Virus record (IMG/VR): IMGVR_UViG_3300046710_000150
Coordinates: 1 to 64,000 of that record
Origin: a virus
Length of the DNA stretch: 64,000 bases
Direction: 5' to 3' (one strand)
Notes under the pieces: model-generated
Told to the model about the DNA's origin: nothing
What the model saw: the letters and a program-made list of their open reading frames with translations, nothing else
The model's database searches: none
Part shown: one piece after another, positions 1 to 9,630 of the stretch
How positions within the stretch are numbered: position 1 is the first letter of the stretch
Layout: each line of letters opens with the position of its first letter
Made by a program: the position numbers and the translations under genes

Positions 1-295
1 TGAAGTGAACGCGCTGACGACTGATACCGAGCTGTCGGGCGATGGCGCTCTGGGAGTGGGTCTTCATCATCTCCGCGATGGTTTCTCGGGCCTTCGTCCC
101 ACCGAACAATCCCAGTCGCTGGTGCTCAGCGAAGTGGTGCGTCCTGCACAACCACGTCACGACCAGTGGATGGTCGTACCCGAGATGGTGGTGCCCGTCA
201 CTTTGAAGTGACCCGCAAACCTCGCATGGTTCACGGGTCACTTCCCCGCGCTCAATAGCGCGGTTCAACAGGTTATGAGCCCTGTTGTGGCTCAC
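1..295 (-). CDS. HNH endonuclease-like protein (3' end cut by window edge)
   Basis: GTG at 293-295, three nt after the TGA of the upstream gene. Translation VSHNRAHNLLNRAIERGEVTREPCEVCGSLQSDGHHHLGYDHPLVVTWLCRTHHFAEHQRLG...IARQLGISRQRV shows a CxxC...HHH...WLCxxHH His-Me finger pattern plus an HTH-like tail. Not in the ORF track because it is truncated. Confidence 0.5.
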   Translation of the reverse strand, partial: MSHNRAHNLLNRAIERGEVTREPCEVCGSLQSDGHHHLGYDHPLVVTWLCRTHHFAEHQRLGLFGGTKARETIAEMMKTHSQSAIARQLGISRQRVHF

Positions 296-298
296 TGT

Positions 299-715
299 TC
301 AGGCGACGGGCTTGTCCTCGGGCGTGCCCGGGAGGACGTTGACCGCCACCGCGTCACCCGCGATGACCTCGACGTCGAAGGTCGAGCTGATGACGTCGCC
401 GTCCGACTTGTCGGTCACGGTGACCGGGACGGAGGCGTTGCCGAGGCCGCCCGCACCCGGGGAGGCCACGACGAGGGCCGTGCCGTCACCGTTGTCGGTG
501 ACCGCGACCACGGTCTCGTCCGTGCTCGGGCCGAAGGCCACGGTCACGGCTGCCGGGTTGCCCTCGCTGTCGAGCGCCTCGACCGAGATGGATACCTGCT
601 GGCTGTCACGAAGCTGAAATGCCACGTCTGGTCCCCTTCTGTGCTCGTGAACGTGTTTCGCTACGGCCGTCCCGACCGTGAGTCGCAGTTGGTCTGCTCC
701 GTTCATGGACCTCAT
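299..715 (-). CDS. Ig-like (Big_2-type) domain protein
   Basis: 138-aa ORF. VTVAFGPSTDETVVAVTDNGDGTALVVASPG...VPVTVTDKSDGDVISSTFDVEVI resembles bacterial Ig-like domains found on phage virions. Alternative ATG at 706. Confidence 0.6.
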   Translation of the reverse strand: MRSMNGADQLRLTVGTAVAKHVHEHRRGPDVAFQLRDSQQVSISVEALDSEGNPAAVTVAFGPSTDETVVAVTDNGDGTALVVASPGAGGLGNASVPVTVTDKSDGDVISSTFDVEVIAGDAVAVNVLPGTPEDKPVA

Positions 716-727
716 GCTACACCCGGC

Positions 728-1369
728 TCATGAGCCCACGACCACCTTGGTGGCCTCGGCGAGGTGGATGATCAGGGTGATCAGGCCCAGTACCGAGGCG
801 ATGGTGGAGAAGATCACGGTGGCCGTCAGGCCGATGATCCACCTGCGGTTGGTCTTGCTGTTCTCGGAGCTGCGCTCGGCTGCGTTGGTCAGCTTCTCTG
901 TCGCCTCGGCGATGCCCGACTGCCGAATGTCGACCTTCTCGGTGGCCGCGATTTTCTCGGAGAGGGTCTTGATCGCCAGCTCCGTCTTCTCTCCGAGAGC
1001 ATCGTGCTCACGGTCGGAATCCTCCCGCGTCATCCACTTCCCGGCTTCGATGCGGAAGCGTTCCATGTCAGTCTGGAGCAGGGTGAGGGACTGGAATAGC
1101 GACGAGGCAGCCTTGTCGATGGCGTTCTCGTAGAGCAGGTGCTCCCTCTCGTGGAACTGACGATGCTCCTGCGCCACGATCTCGAGCTGGCCGAACTGGC
1201 CGTCGGTGATCTTCCTCTCGTACTTCAGGGAGGCTTTGCGGACGGCGACCTGTCCCTTGATCGAAACGTCGGTGAGCTTCCTGTTGTAGGCGACGGCCTG
1301 CTTGAGAGCCTTGTTCTCGGCCGCTCCAAGACGGTGTTCATACTCGAGGGCCTGACGGATCTTGCTCAC
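728..1369 (-). CDS. coiled-coil protein with C-terminal transmembrane anchor (lysis-region associated)
   Basis: GTG at 1369 overlaps the upstream stop (GTGA). About 190 aa of charged heptad-like sequence, then the hydrophobic helix WIIGLTATVIFSTIASVLGLITLIIHL. Confidence 0.6.
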   Translation of the reverse strand: MSKIRQALEYEHRLGAAENKALKQAVAYNRKLTDVSIKGQVAVRKASLKYERKITDGQFGQLEIVAQEHRQFHEREHLLYENAIDKAASSLFQSLTLLQTDMERFRIEAGKWMTREDSDREHDALGEKTELAIKTLSEKIAATEKVDIRQSGIAEATEKLTNAAERSSENSKTNRRWIIGLTATVIFSTIASVLGLITLIIHLAEATKVVVGS

Positions 1370-1488
1370 ACTCGCCTCTTCTTGGGGCGGGCGGAGATCA
1401 AGACGCTGCCGCAGTTGGGGCAGGCGATCATCTTGACCCCCGGCAGCTTGAGCCACCCGAAGCCGCATTCGGGCTTCGGGCAGCGCAT
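1366..1488 (-). CDS. small zinc-ribbon protein (40 aa)
   Basis: ATG at 1488. MRCPKPECGFGWLKLPGVKMIACPNCGSVLISARPKKRRV has a CPxxC...CPxC motif. The longer ORF-track version has an Arg/Pro-rich shadow-like N-terminus. Confidence 0.5.
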   Translation of the reverse strand: MRCPKPECGFGWLKLPGVKMIACPNCGSVLISARPKKRRV

Positions 1489-1600
1489 GGGCAGGCCGTA
1501 GTCCTGCGAGGAGATGTGCGGCCTGTCGAGGTAGGACGAGACGTGGCGGCCGGAGCCGCCCGCGCTCACGTCAGGAGGGGGAGGCGCACCCCGTAGGTGC

Positions 1601-2140
1601 TCACTTCGGCTTCGCCGTGCCGCCCGTCGACCGGGTCGAGGACACACGGGCAGGCGGGACCGGCGCAACGAAGGACGAGGCCGGAGGCGATGCGGGAGTG
1701 GCCTGCGGGGCAAGGGGCGGCGAAACGTATGTCTCTGGGGCAAACCCCGGCGAAACGGTCTCCGCAGTCAGTGCGGTCAACGTCACGGGTGTGCCCTTGT
1801 CCTGCGCCACCGTGGTGGCGACGAAGGACCCGGTTGCCTTCGAGATCAAGCTCGCCACCTCCGCAGCGAGAGCCGCGCTCGCACCAGTGATGTATGCAAG
1901 CTCGAGTCCCGTCTTGAGGTTGCCGTCGGCGACGAAGTAGGAAGCGACTCCGAGACCCGCCAGAGGGATGACCTTCTGGAGGACGGTCGAGTCAAGGATC
2001 TGGGGGAGCTTCTTCCAGTCGAACACGCCCTGCTGGATGGAGCGGTACACGCCCAGCAGCATGTCGACGATGGCGACGACGAGCAGGGCGTAGAGCGGAG
2101 CGACCAGAGGGTTGTTCAGGAAATCCGTGATCTGGGTCAC
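1601..2140 (-). CDS. putative holin
   Basis: GTG at 2140 preceded by AGAGGTG. Three hydrophobic segments (PLVAPLYALLVVAIVDMLLGVY, VIPLAGLGVASYFVA, LELAYITGASAALAAEVASLI) followed by a Pro-rich tail. Lies downstream of the tail genes. Confidence 0.55.
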   Translation of the reverse strand: MTQITDFLNNPLVAPLYALLVVAIVDMLLGVYRSIQQGVFDWKKLPQILDSTVLQKVIPLAGLGVASYFVADGNLKTGLELAYITGASAALAAEVASLISKATGSFVATTVAQDKGTPVTLTALTAETVSPGFAPETYVSPPLAPQATPASPPASSFVAPVPPARVSSTRSTGGTAKPK

Positions 2141-2153
2141 GAGTGGGCACCTC

Positions 2154-2552
2154 TTATGGAGCTGCCCCTCCCGGTGCCGCTGGGGTGACGATAGCACGCG
2201 AGCCGGGGGTCAAGGTGCCATTCAGGACCCGCTCCGCGAACTTCTCCTTGGGGTAGCCCCTCGCGAACAGGAAGTGGTACTCCTCGTCCGTCAGCCCCTT
2301 GATCGTCATCCATGCTCGGGCCGCCCAGAATGGCTCGTCACCCAGTCGAGCGACACCCATCCAGCGCAGAGTCGGCGAGAGGACAGGCAGAAAGTCCCGC
2401 ATGCAGACGTAGACGTACTCCATCGGGGCCAGATGTGGGTCGTCGTCCCACGTGTGGTTATACCCGAAGTCGACGGCCTCGTCGCAGTTGACGAACTGCT
2501 TGTAGTGATCGACGAAGTCGGCCAGCGTGTTGAGCTTGGGGTCGAACATCAC
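2154..2552 (-). CDS. hypothetical protein
   Basis: 132-aa ORF. The start overlaps the upstream stop and the gene ends with TAA at 2154. No motif recognised. Confidence 0.6.
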   Translation of the reverse strand: MMFDPKLNTLADFVDHYKQFVNCDEAVDFGYNHTWDDDPHLAPMEYVYVCMRDFLPVLSPTLRWMGVARLGDEPFWAARAWMTIKGLTDEEYHFLFARGYPKEKFAERVLNGTLTPGSRAIVTPAAPGGAAP

Positions 2553-3733
2553 AGCCCCCTGATGTCGTGACCGGCGAGGCGGTCATGGCCTACGTTGGTG
2601 TCGATCTCGCGGGGAGACCGCTTTCCCCTGCTCAGGGTGGCAGCCTGCACGAGGTAGGTCACAATCAGGCGATAGATGCCACCGCACGGATCGGCAGGGA
2701 TCGCGCCGGGTGCGAGCCGGTACGAGCGCCCGCTCTTGTCGCAGGAGTCGTGGACGTAGTCCGTGCCGTACTGGAGCTGCTTCCCGGTGGTGGTGTAGAC
2801 GTTCATCGTCTCCCGGGCTCCGCTCACGTCGACCGAGAACTGCAGATAGGTCTCACTCGACCCGTCCTCCTTGTCGATGGTGTTGTCCTGCACTGGGACC
2901 ATGTCGGTGCCCCAGCCCTCGGTCTGCCCATCGGCAGGTGGATTGAGGTGCGAGATCTGGCCGTTGAGAGCCATCATCGCCGCAGCCTCCGGCCGCCAGC
3001 AGAGGTCGAAGACCCACTCCGCCTCGCACGAGTAGGGTCCGGGGTGGGCGAGGCCAGCGTTGATCCCGAAGGCCCCCCAGAACCCACCGTAGGATTTCGA
3101 CAGGTCCCCCACCGCAGACAGCTTCCCGCCGATCCCGATGTTGGGCTTGTTTCCGCCGAACCCGTTGAGCCCGAAATACTTGTCGTTGAGATAGCCATAC
3201 AGGTTGCCTCCACCGCCGAACCCGTAGGTGGGATAGCCGCTCCCCCCGATCTCGATCTTGGCCGTGTAGTGAAGCGTGGTTGGGATGGCGAAGGGGCAGG
3301 AGTCGTAGAAGAGGTTGGCCGTCCGCCAGTCTCTGCCTCGCATCCACGAGTTGGGGCCCATGAGATCCATGTCGGTCGAGTAGGGCTTCAGGATCCACTC
3401 GTTGGTGCCCTCCCAGCCTGCTTCCTGCAGGGGGGCCCGAGACTCCTGATATGTCATCTTCCAGAACCGGCACGTCTTGAACTGAACTGGGAATGGCAGG
3501 ACGCCTGTCATCAGCTCCTCGCCCGTGTAGACGAGCTGCCAGTCCACTGCCGGAGCGGTCCCCGTGACGAAGCCGGTCTGCGCGTTGACGACCGGGGTCG
3601 CAATGGGGTTGCCTGCCCACAGAGCAGCGCCCTGCAGTCCAGTCCAGCTCCCGATGAAGATGATCCCCGGCCGGTCCTGAATGTTGTTCCAGAACCGCCT
3701 CTGGCCTACCTCGCTCGCACTCGGACTCGGCAC
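2549..3733 (-). CDS. minor tail / fibre-like protein, Gly-rich
   Basis: 394-aa ORF within the tail-tip gene run. Contains a Gly/aromatic-rich central region (GGSGYPTYGFGGGGNLYGYLNDKYFGLNGFGGNKPNIGIGG). Confidence 0.65.
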   Translation of the reverse strand: MPSPSASEVGQRRFWNNIQDRPGIIFIGSWTGLQGAALWAGNPIATPVVNAQTGFVTGTAPAVDWQLVYTGEELMTGVLPFPVQFKTCRFWKMTYQESRAPLQEAGWEGTNEWILKPYSTDMDLMGPNSWMRGRDWRTANLFYDSCPFAIPTTLHYTAKIEIGGSGYPTYGFGGGGNLYGYLNDKYFGLNGFGGNKPNIGIGGKLSAVGDLSKSYGGFWGAFGINAGLAHPGPYSCEAEWVFDLCWRPEAAAMMALNGQISHLNPPADGQTEGWGTDMVPVQDNTIDKEDGSSETYLQFSVDVSGARETMNVYTTTGKQLQYGTDYVHDSCDKSGRSYRLAPGAIPADPCGGIYRLIVTYLVQAATLSRGKRSPREIDTNVGHDRLAGHDIRGL

Positions 3734-5347
3734 TCATCCACCTCCGGTGGTGTCGCCCCGCAGCCCCGGCGTGCTCTCGTTGGGGTAGGGCAGGTAGTCG
3801 TAGATGTTCCACGGTGCCTCGGGGTCGAGGCCCATCACGAGATCGTACTGGGGCAGGGCGAACCACTTCCCGCTGTGGGGCTCCTTGGCGACCGTGAAGC
3901 TGATCTTCAGGGACTGGATCACGAGGTTGAAGCTGACTCCGTAGACCGAAGACTTCACGGTCACCACGTGGCCCGCCTGATAGCCGGGATCCCAGACCGT
4001 GGCCGAGGCATGCACGATGGGATCGTCGAAGCGGAGCATGATCGCCCGCGCTCGCAGCTCGATCCACTTCTGGTGGTGGATGTCCTGCCTGAACTCGGCC
4101 GCCTGCCAGCGTCCGTACTTGGCGATGGAGTCGACGTCCGGGTGGGCCCGAGCGTTGGCGAGGTTCGCCTTGTAGACGATGAGCCGCGCCCGGTGCGCTG
4201 CGAGGGTGTCCTTCTGGTACTTGCTCCGCTTGTTGGCGGGCACCGCGAGGATGTTGTTGATGTACCTCTGGTTCGCCTCCACCGCAGCCAGCCAGTACCG
4301 CTCGAGCCAGTGCCCGTCACCGATCTCGTGGAAGACCATGATCTCGCCTTCGACCGTCTTGGCGAGGGTGCCCCACACGAGGACGTCGTTCATCATCTGG
4401 CTGATGTCGGTAGAGATCGAGAGCCCACGAGAGCTGATACCGCCCAGCCCGTCTGTCAGCGGGAAGGGAGCCGTCACCTTCAGGCGGTCGTGGTACTGCA
4501 GCACCATGTAGGGGTCGATGTGCCAGACGGCCGAGGTGATCTGGCTCACGGACTGCATGAAGCGCCGCAGGTTGGAGCCCGAGGTGGGCATGACCCACGA
4601 CGCGACAGGGGCTGGGGTCGCGACGGCTTCGACCCCGGTCTTGTAGTCGAAGCCCACCGGGAGATCGGGCAGGACGTACGTCCCGAACACCCTGTCGATC
4701 ATCACGCTGTCCATGGTGCCCTGCTTGAAGGCAGGCCACATGCCGTAAGGGCCCATCATCATCTGGCTGCCGTGAGCGAACTCCCACGGGTAGTTGCGGA
4801 CGGCCAGACGGTCGAAGAGGATGTTGAAGTCGGTTCCCCGCAGGATGGTCTTGGGCTGCGCGAAGTCCGAGAAGAAGTAGCCGTCCTCGACGGTGGTGAC
4901 CCAGCCCCCGAACACCCGCAGCTCGTCGATGGAGAAGTGGATCTGCTCGCCGCCCTTGAACTCGGGGTGAGCACCCTTCAGGGTGATCATGAAACTCCCG
5001 GGACCGGTGCGAGCCACCTGCGTGAACTCGCAAGCGTTCCAGATCACGTCCCCGGTGATGTCGTACCAGTCCCTCACCGGCTCGCGGGCGATCCGGTAGC
5101 GGGTCATGGCCGCATCGAACTGGGCCTGCAGCTTCTCGAGCAGAGCGTCCTGAGCGTCTGTCCTCTTCTCGTCGGGGATGATGAGGATGGGATCCATAAG
5201 CCGCTGGATCCGGCCCAGCTCGTCGTACCAGAACTCGACGGGGTCGGTGAGACGGATCGCTGCGAGCTGGCGCTTGTACTCGGCGATCAGGTTCTTGAGG
5301 CGGGTGATCTCCGCCGCGTCCGAGGAGTTGAAGGCGCGTTCCGTCAT
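3734..5347 (-). CDS. minor tail protein (paralogous N-terminal region to 9674..11266)
   Basis: ATG at 5347, just downstream of the stop at 5352. GSFMITLKGAHPEF...LRGTDFNILFDRLAVRNYPWE parallels CQITVRGLHPEI...LHGVDLNILFDKLFLYNRAHP in the 530-aa protein. Confidence 0.7.
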   Translation of the reverse strand: MTERAFNSSDAAEITRLKNLIAEYKRQLAAIRLTDPVEFWYDELGRIQRLMDPILIIPDEKRTDAQDALLEKLQAQFDAAMTRYRIAREPVRDWYDITGDVIWNACEFTQVARTGPGSFMITLKGAHPEFKGGEQIHFSIDELRVFGGWVTTVEDGYFFSDFAQPKTILRGTDFNILFDRLAVRNYPWEFAHGSQMMMGPYGMWPAFKQGTMDSVMIDRVFGTYVLPDLPVGFDYKTGVEAVATPAPVASWVMPTSGSNLRRFMQSVSQITSAVWHIDPYMVLQYHDRLKVTAPFPLTDGLGGISSRGLSISTDISQMMNDVLVWGTLAKTVEGEIMVFHEIGDGHWLERYWLAAVEANQRYINNILAVPANKRSKYQKDTLAAHRARLIVYKANLANARAHPDVDSIAKYGRWQAAEFRQDIHHQKWIELRARAIMLRFDDPIVHASATVWDPGYQAGHVVTVKSSVYGVSFNLVIQSLKISFTVAKEPHSGKWFALPQYDLVMGLDPEAPWNIYDYLPYPNESTPGLRGDTTGGG

Positions 5348-5351
5348 GGCA

Positions 5352-5960
5352 TCACCCGAACATGGTGGCGCAGATGACGCCACCTGAGAAGCCGCGAGCT
5401 GCAGTGCGGAGAGCGATCTCGTCGATGGAGACGGGGCTGGTGCCATTCGACATCAGCGGGTTGTCGACGTAGTACTGACCGTTCTGGTAGGCCACGCCGA
5501 TCTGGTGGAGGCCGTAGAAGCCGTACTGGAGGTAGCCCGGGAGCGCCCCGGAGTTGACGGCCAGAGACGCCACCCAGCCAGCCTTCAGGAGCGATGTGAA
5601 GCCGTTCCAGTCGGTCGAGACGTAGCGGCGGATGTTGGCTCCCGGCCAGCAGCCCTTCGCCCCACGGAAGGTCTGGTCGGCCGTACCACCGGTGGGCCCG
5701 GGGCGATCCGGGTTCATGGCGGCGCGGCGGTACGTGGTGGCGTCCGGTCGGTACGTCTGCCCCGACGCCACCGCAGCCCAGACGGTGGCAACCAACCAGC
5801 AGTCGTCGATGTCGCCCGCGTTGGGGTAGCCGATCTGGCTGATGGCCCCCGGCAGGCTGCTGCCACGGTTGTAGCCGCCACCCGACGGGTTGGGGCTCGG
5901 GCCCTTCACTGCGGTGTAGCCCTGAGGAGTGAAGTTCTCGACGGCGCAGTAGAGCGCGTC
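5352..5960 (-). other. papain/calpain-like cysteine peptidase domain (C-terminus of the 1407-aa protein)
   Basis: Cys1259 in DDCWLVATVW (calpain-type DCW motif; codon at 5799-5801), His1357 in YGLHQIGVAY and Asn1372 in YYVDNP. The order and spacing match a Cys-His-Asn triad. Confidence 0.5.
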
Positions 5961-8900
5961 CAGCTCCGCCTCGGCTTCGAGGATCAGGGTGATCAGGCGC
6001 TCGATCTCCGCGTCGTTGCCGATGGGGATGGGGCGAGGGATCCCTGCCTCGATCTTGATGGAGAACTCACGGCTCAGGGCGGGCGGGTTGCCCAGCGGGT
6101 CGGTCGGAGCACCACCATCCTCGGGGAAGATGATGAAGGACGAGCCCCTGACGTAGGCCCCGATGGTGAACGCACCAAGACCCCCGCCCACGGGCGCGAT
6201 CCATGCGTCGATCCCGAACCATGGGGCCACCATGGCGTCGAGGGTGATAGCAGCAGGCTCCATCGCGATGTTCGCAGCGAGGTAGATCCTCTGACCGCGC
6301 TTCTCTCCGAGCACGAGGGCGTCCAGCGTGAACGATCCGCGCCGGTCCCCGGCCGCCACGATCTCTGCCTCGACCACGAAACTCGCAGCCTTGGTGGGCA
6401 AGTAGGACCATGCGTCGAGGTGGAAGGAGCCAGACCCACCCCGGGTGACGGCAGCGTCGATGTACAGGTAGGGCTGGATGAAGGCGTCGGCCGTGAAGTG
6501 GATCTGATAGAAGCAGGCGTCCAGCGTGAAGCCACGTGCGGCGACGTTCGCGAAGACGTAGAAGAACGCCCCGCCTGCACCCAGAATGCTGGCATCCAGC
6601 AGCCACGAGCCACGTACCTCGCCCTGAGGGGCGATTTCGGCATCGAGAGTGCAGGCTGACTGCTTCGTCAGCCCCACGATCTCCGCGTCGATGGTGATCG
6701 GGTCGCCCAGAGTGCCAACGATCCATGCGTCGATGGTCGGAGCGGGGTACGACAGGATGCGATCTATCTGCTGGCTGTAGGTCAGCAGGCCGCTTCCAGC
6801 CATAGACGGCTTATAGGCACCATCGGTGTAGGCGTAGACGTAGTAGGGCTCGAAGTAGTACGACGGCCAGAAGGTGATGATGGTCGTGGGCCCGCGTACC
6901 ACCGTGATCTGGCCGGGGCCCTGAGCGGAGTCTGCCCCCGGAGCTGGACGCGCCCACAGGTTCTCGTTGGCGGAGTCGATCCCGATGGCCGTCTGCGGGA
7001 TGCTGAGATCGCCCCAGATCGTGATCGTGACCGGCTGGTAAGCCGGGAACCAGATCGGGCCAGAGAGGACGTTATCACCTGCCGACCCATCTGGCAGCAC
7101 CATGTTCGCGCCGGGGAAATCGAGGAGCTGGCTGGCATTCTCGAGAACGCTGACAACCTCTCCCTCGCCCTCGTAGACCACGGTGTGGATGGACGAGATG
7201 AACGCTTCGATCAGGAAGTCCCCGCTACCAGTCCTGACGATGGCGGCGTCGAGGAACATGCTGGTGATCGGCTGCCCCGGCAGGATGATCGCCGCACTGA
7301 CCTTGAACGAGCCAGTGGGGTGGATTGCCTTGATGGCATCGAGGTAGAAATGCGGGTGCAGCCACAGCTCCCAGTACTGGTCCCAGTACGCGGAGGCGTC
7401 GTACTTCTCGGCGAAGATCGTGAACGAGCCGCCCCTCTTCCACGTGTTGGTCTTGTACGCGAAGATCGAGAAGAACGCCTGCTGGCGACCCTTGATCACG
7501 GCGTTGATCAGGAAGCCCGTGATCCCCGCGCTGATCGTGAAGCTGCCCTGCGGGCGGCGGACGATGGCGGAGTCCAGAAGGACCGACCCGAGGGTGACCC
7601 TCAGAAGGGTGGCGTCGAGCCGGAAGTAGCCCTCGATGAAGGCAGCCACGGTGAAGCTGCCGAGCTTCGCGTTGGACACGTAGGCGTCGACGTTGAATGT
7701 CCACGCACTCCGCCCAACGATGACGGCGTCGACCTTGAAGTGGGGTCGGATGCGAGCGTCGATGGTGAAGCTCGAGCTGATCCCCGAGATCTTCCACGCA
7801 TCGAGATGGATGCCACGGTCGTCGTGGCGGTAGTAGGTGATGACCTTGGAGGCATCGACCTCGAAATGCGGCTGGACCCACGACGAGATCGAGAAGAACC
7901 CGAAGACCGGGTGCGTCTTCCACGCCGCCACCGTGAACGCCAATGACCGCGTGCCAATGACAATGGCGTTGATCCTGACAACGCCGCGCACGAAGGCATC
8001 GAGTGTGAAGGACCCCGTGACCCTGCGGCTCAACCATGCGTCGAGGGTGAACTCGCATTTGATCCATGCGTCGATGGAGAAGTGGCGAGACGCGATCCGG
8101 GCGTCGAGGGTGAAGGTCGGCTGGATGAAGGCCCCGATGGTGAACGCTGCTGCCTGTCGACGGCGCAGCGAGGCCGCCACCGTGAAGGTGGAGCCGAAGG
8201 TCCAGACGAACCTTGCGTCGATGGTGAAACGAGGCTGGATGAAGGCCCCGATGGTGAACGGGAGGCCCGTGCTCCAGTCCTTGTACCAACCAGCACCCGT
8301 CAGGGCGGGCCGGTAGACATTGTCCTTGAAGGAGGCGACGTAGTAGACGCCGGGAACGGCGACCACGTCGTGCTCGCCCAGATCCGTGGAGACCGGGTAG
8401 CCAGTGATCGCCCCGGCAATGCTCAGGTCTCCGCCGTCACTCGGGGGCGAGTCGACAACAACGACAGCCTGCTCCCCGGCGCTGATCGGGAACGCGGGGG
8501 ACAGGGCGTTGGCCGTCAGCCCACCACGGGTCCTACTGGTGCCGGGGAAGGCGAGGGGTCGAAGCCCGGGACCAACCGTGGCGAGGATGACCGCGTTGAT
8601 CAGGATGAACGACCCGCCGCCACCCACCTGCGCGTTGACTGCGAACCCAGAGACGATGGTCGCGCCCTTGATCGCGTCGACCCTGAAGTGAGCCGGGACA
8701 GTCTCGGCGTCGAGGGTGAAAGAACCCGCGTAGGTGGTCCTGAAGACCGCCTTGATCGTGAACGATCCTGAGCGCGGCCCGAAGATGGCGGCCTTGGCCG
8801 TGAATGACCCGGTGCGGTGGGCCAGCACGACCGCGTCGGCATGGAACCCGAGGTCGATCCGAGCGTTGATCCAGAAGTAGGGCTGGACGAAGGCGTCGAC

Positions 8901-9575
8901 GTGGACCGGGTGAACGACGAGCTGGGTGAGGATCGCGCCGACGGGGATCGACCCTGTCTGGGTCCTCCAGAGGTCCGCGCTGATCGCGAACGCCTTCTGG
9001 TTCGTCAGCCGGATGACGGCCGCGACGGCGAAGGATCCTGTAGCGGGCTTCGCCCTGATCGCGTCAACGCTGAAGCGAAGCGGAGCGAACGCCGCGTCGA
9101 GGGTGAAGCCAGCACCCGTCCCGATGGCGGCCCAGATCGTGAAGCCTGCGCTCGGGCTCGCCTTGATGACGGCGTCGAAGAGGACTCGACCGTTGGTCCG
9201 CTCGTGCAGAACCTCGATGACCACCTGAGAGACGCGAGCGTAGGCACCAGTCGGCGCGACCAGCACCTCGACCGGAGACTGGCTAACACGGGCTCGAGTC
9301 TCGTTGTCGTAGATGGCGTCGAGGTGGAAAGACCCAGCCTGAGGACCCTTGATGACGGCCTTGAGGGTGAAGCTACCGGTCGGGTTCTTGCGGGCATTGA
9401 GAGTGAAGGAAGAAGAAGCGGTGGCCTTGACGACGGCGTTGATCGAGAAGGCTCGAACCAGAACCGCGTCGATCCTGAATGCCTTGTCCAGCCGGATCTC
9501 AGCGTCGAGGAAAACCCCCAGCCCCGACTCGAAGACCGACAGATCAAAGACGGTAGGGTCGAAAGACGCCGTCAT
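5352..9575 (-). CDS. giant tail protein: ~70 short beta-type repeats plus C-terminal Cys-peptidase-like domain
   Basis: 1407-aa ORF. Repeats of 12-16 aa with core (G)SF(T/A)(L/I/V)(D/N/K)A run through aa ~40-1150. ARVSQxxxEVL motifs near the N-terminus. C-terminal DIDDCWLVA...GLHQIGV...YVDNP. Confidence 0.85.
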   Translation of the reverse strand: MTASFDPTVFDLSVFESGLGVFLDAEIRLDKAFRIDAVLVRAFSINAVVKATASSSFTLNARKNPTGSFTLKAVIKGPQAGSFHLDAIYDNETRARVSQSPVEVLVAPTGAYARVSQVVIEVLHERTNGRVLFDAVIKASPSAGFTIWAAIGTGAGFTLDAAFAPLRFSVDAIRAKPATGSFAVAAVIRLTNQKAFAISADLWRTQTGSIPVGAILTQLVVHPVHVDAFVQPYFWINARIDLGFHADAVVLAHRTGSFTAKAAIFGPRSGSFTIKAVFRTTYAGSFTLDAETVPAHFRVDAIKGATIVSGFAVNAQVGGGGSFILINAVILATVGPGLRPLAFPGTSRTRGGLTANALSPAFPISAGEQAVVVVDSPPSDGGDLSIAGAITGYPVSTDLGEHDVVAVPGVYYVASFKDNVYRPALTGAGWYKDWSTGLPFTIGAFIQPRFTIDARFVWTFGSTFTVAASLRRRQAAAFTIGAFIQPTFTLDARIASRHFSIDAWIKCEFTLDAWLSRRVTGSFTLDAFVRGVVRINAIVIGTRSLAFTVAAWKTHPVFGFFSISSWVQPHFEVDASKVITYYRHDDRGIHLDAWKISGISSSFTIDARIRPHFKVDAVIVGRSAWTFNVDAYVSNAKLGSFTVAAFIEGYFRLDATLLRVTLGSVLLDSAIVRRPQGSFTISAGITGFLINAVIKGRQQAFFSIFAYKTNTWKRGGSFTIFAEKYDASAYWDQYWELWLHPHFYLDAIKAIHPTGSFKVSAAIILPGQPITSMFLDAAIVRTGSGDFLIEAFISSIHTVVYEGEGEVVSVLENASQLLDFPGANMVLPDGSAGDNVLSGPIWFPAYQPVTITIWGDLSIPQTAIGIDSANENLWARPAPGADSAQGPGQITVVRGPTTIITFWPSYYFEPYYVYAYTDGAYKPSMAGSGLLTYSQQIDRILSYPAPTIDAWIVGTLGDPITIDAEIVGLTKQSACTLDAEIAPQGEVRGSWLLDASILGAGGAFFYVFANVAARGFTLDACFYQIHFTADAFIQPYLYIDAAVTRGGSGSFHLDAWSYLPTKAASFVVEAEIVAAGDRRGSFTLDALVLGEKRGQRIYLAANIAMEPAAITLDAMVAPWFGIDAWIAPVGGGLGAFTIGAYVRGSSFIIFPEDGGAPTDPLGNPPALSREFSIKIEAGIPRPIPIGNDAEIERLITLILEAEAELDALYCAVENFTPQGYTAVKGPSPNPSGGGYNRGSSLPGAISQIGYPNAGDIDDCWLVATVWAAVASGQTYRPDATTYRRAAMNPDRPGPTGGTADQTFRGAKGCWPGANIRRYVSTDWNGFTSLLKAGWVASLAVNSGALPGYLQYGFYGLHQIGVAYQNGQYYVDNPLMSNGTSPVSIDEIALRTAARGFSGGVICATMFG

Positions 9576-9590
9576 CAGCGATCACCGGGC

Positions 9591-9617
9591 ACAACAAAAG
9601 AGCCCCTTCCGGGGCTC
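9591..9617 (-). terminator. intrinsic terminator (minus strand)
   Basis: Minus-strand read GAGCCCCggaaGGGGCTC followed by TTTTGTTGT: perfect 7-bp GC stem, 4-nt loop and a U-tract. Lies between the stop at 9674 and the start at 9575. Confidence 0.65.
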
Positions 9618-9630
9618 CTCGTCGTTCTCG

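Noticed and set aside
2567-5377. 936-aa plus-strand ORF. Similar long antisense ORFs include 13699..17415 (+, 1238 aa), 9698..11299 (+), 23659..25083 (+), 25080..26825 (+) and 53097..54590 (-).
   Set aside because: These are shadow ORFs typical of high-GC DNA. Their translations are Arg/Gly/Pro/Asp/Val-rich and low-complexity. They are exactly antisense to genes with clear family motifs. They have no SD and their codon third positions are not GC-enriched.
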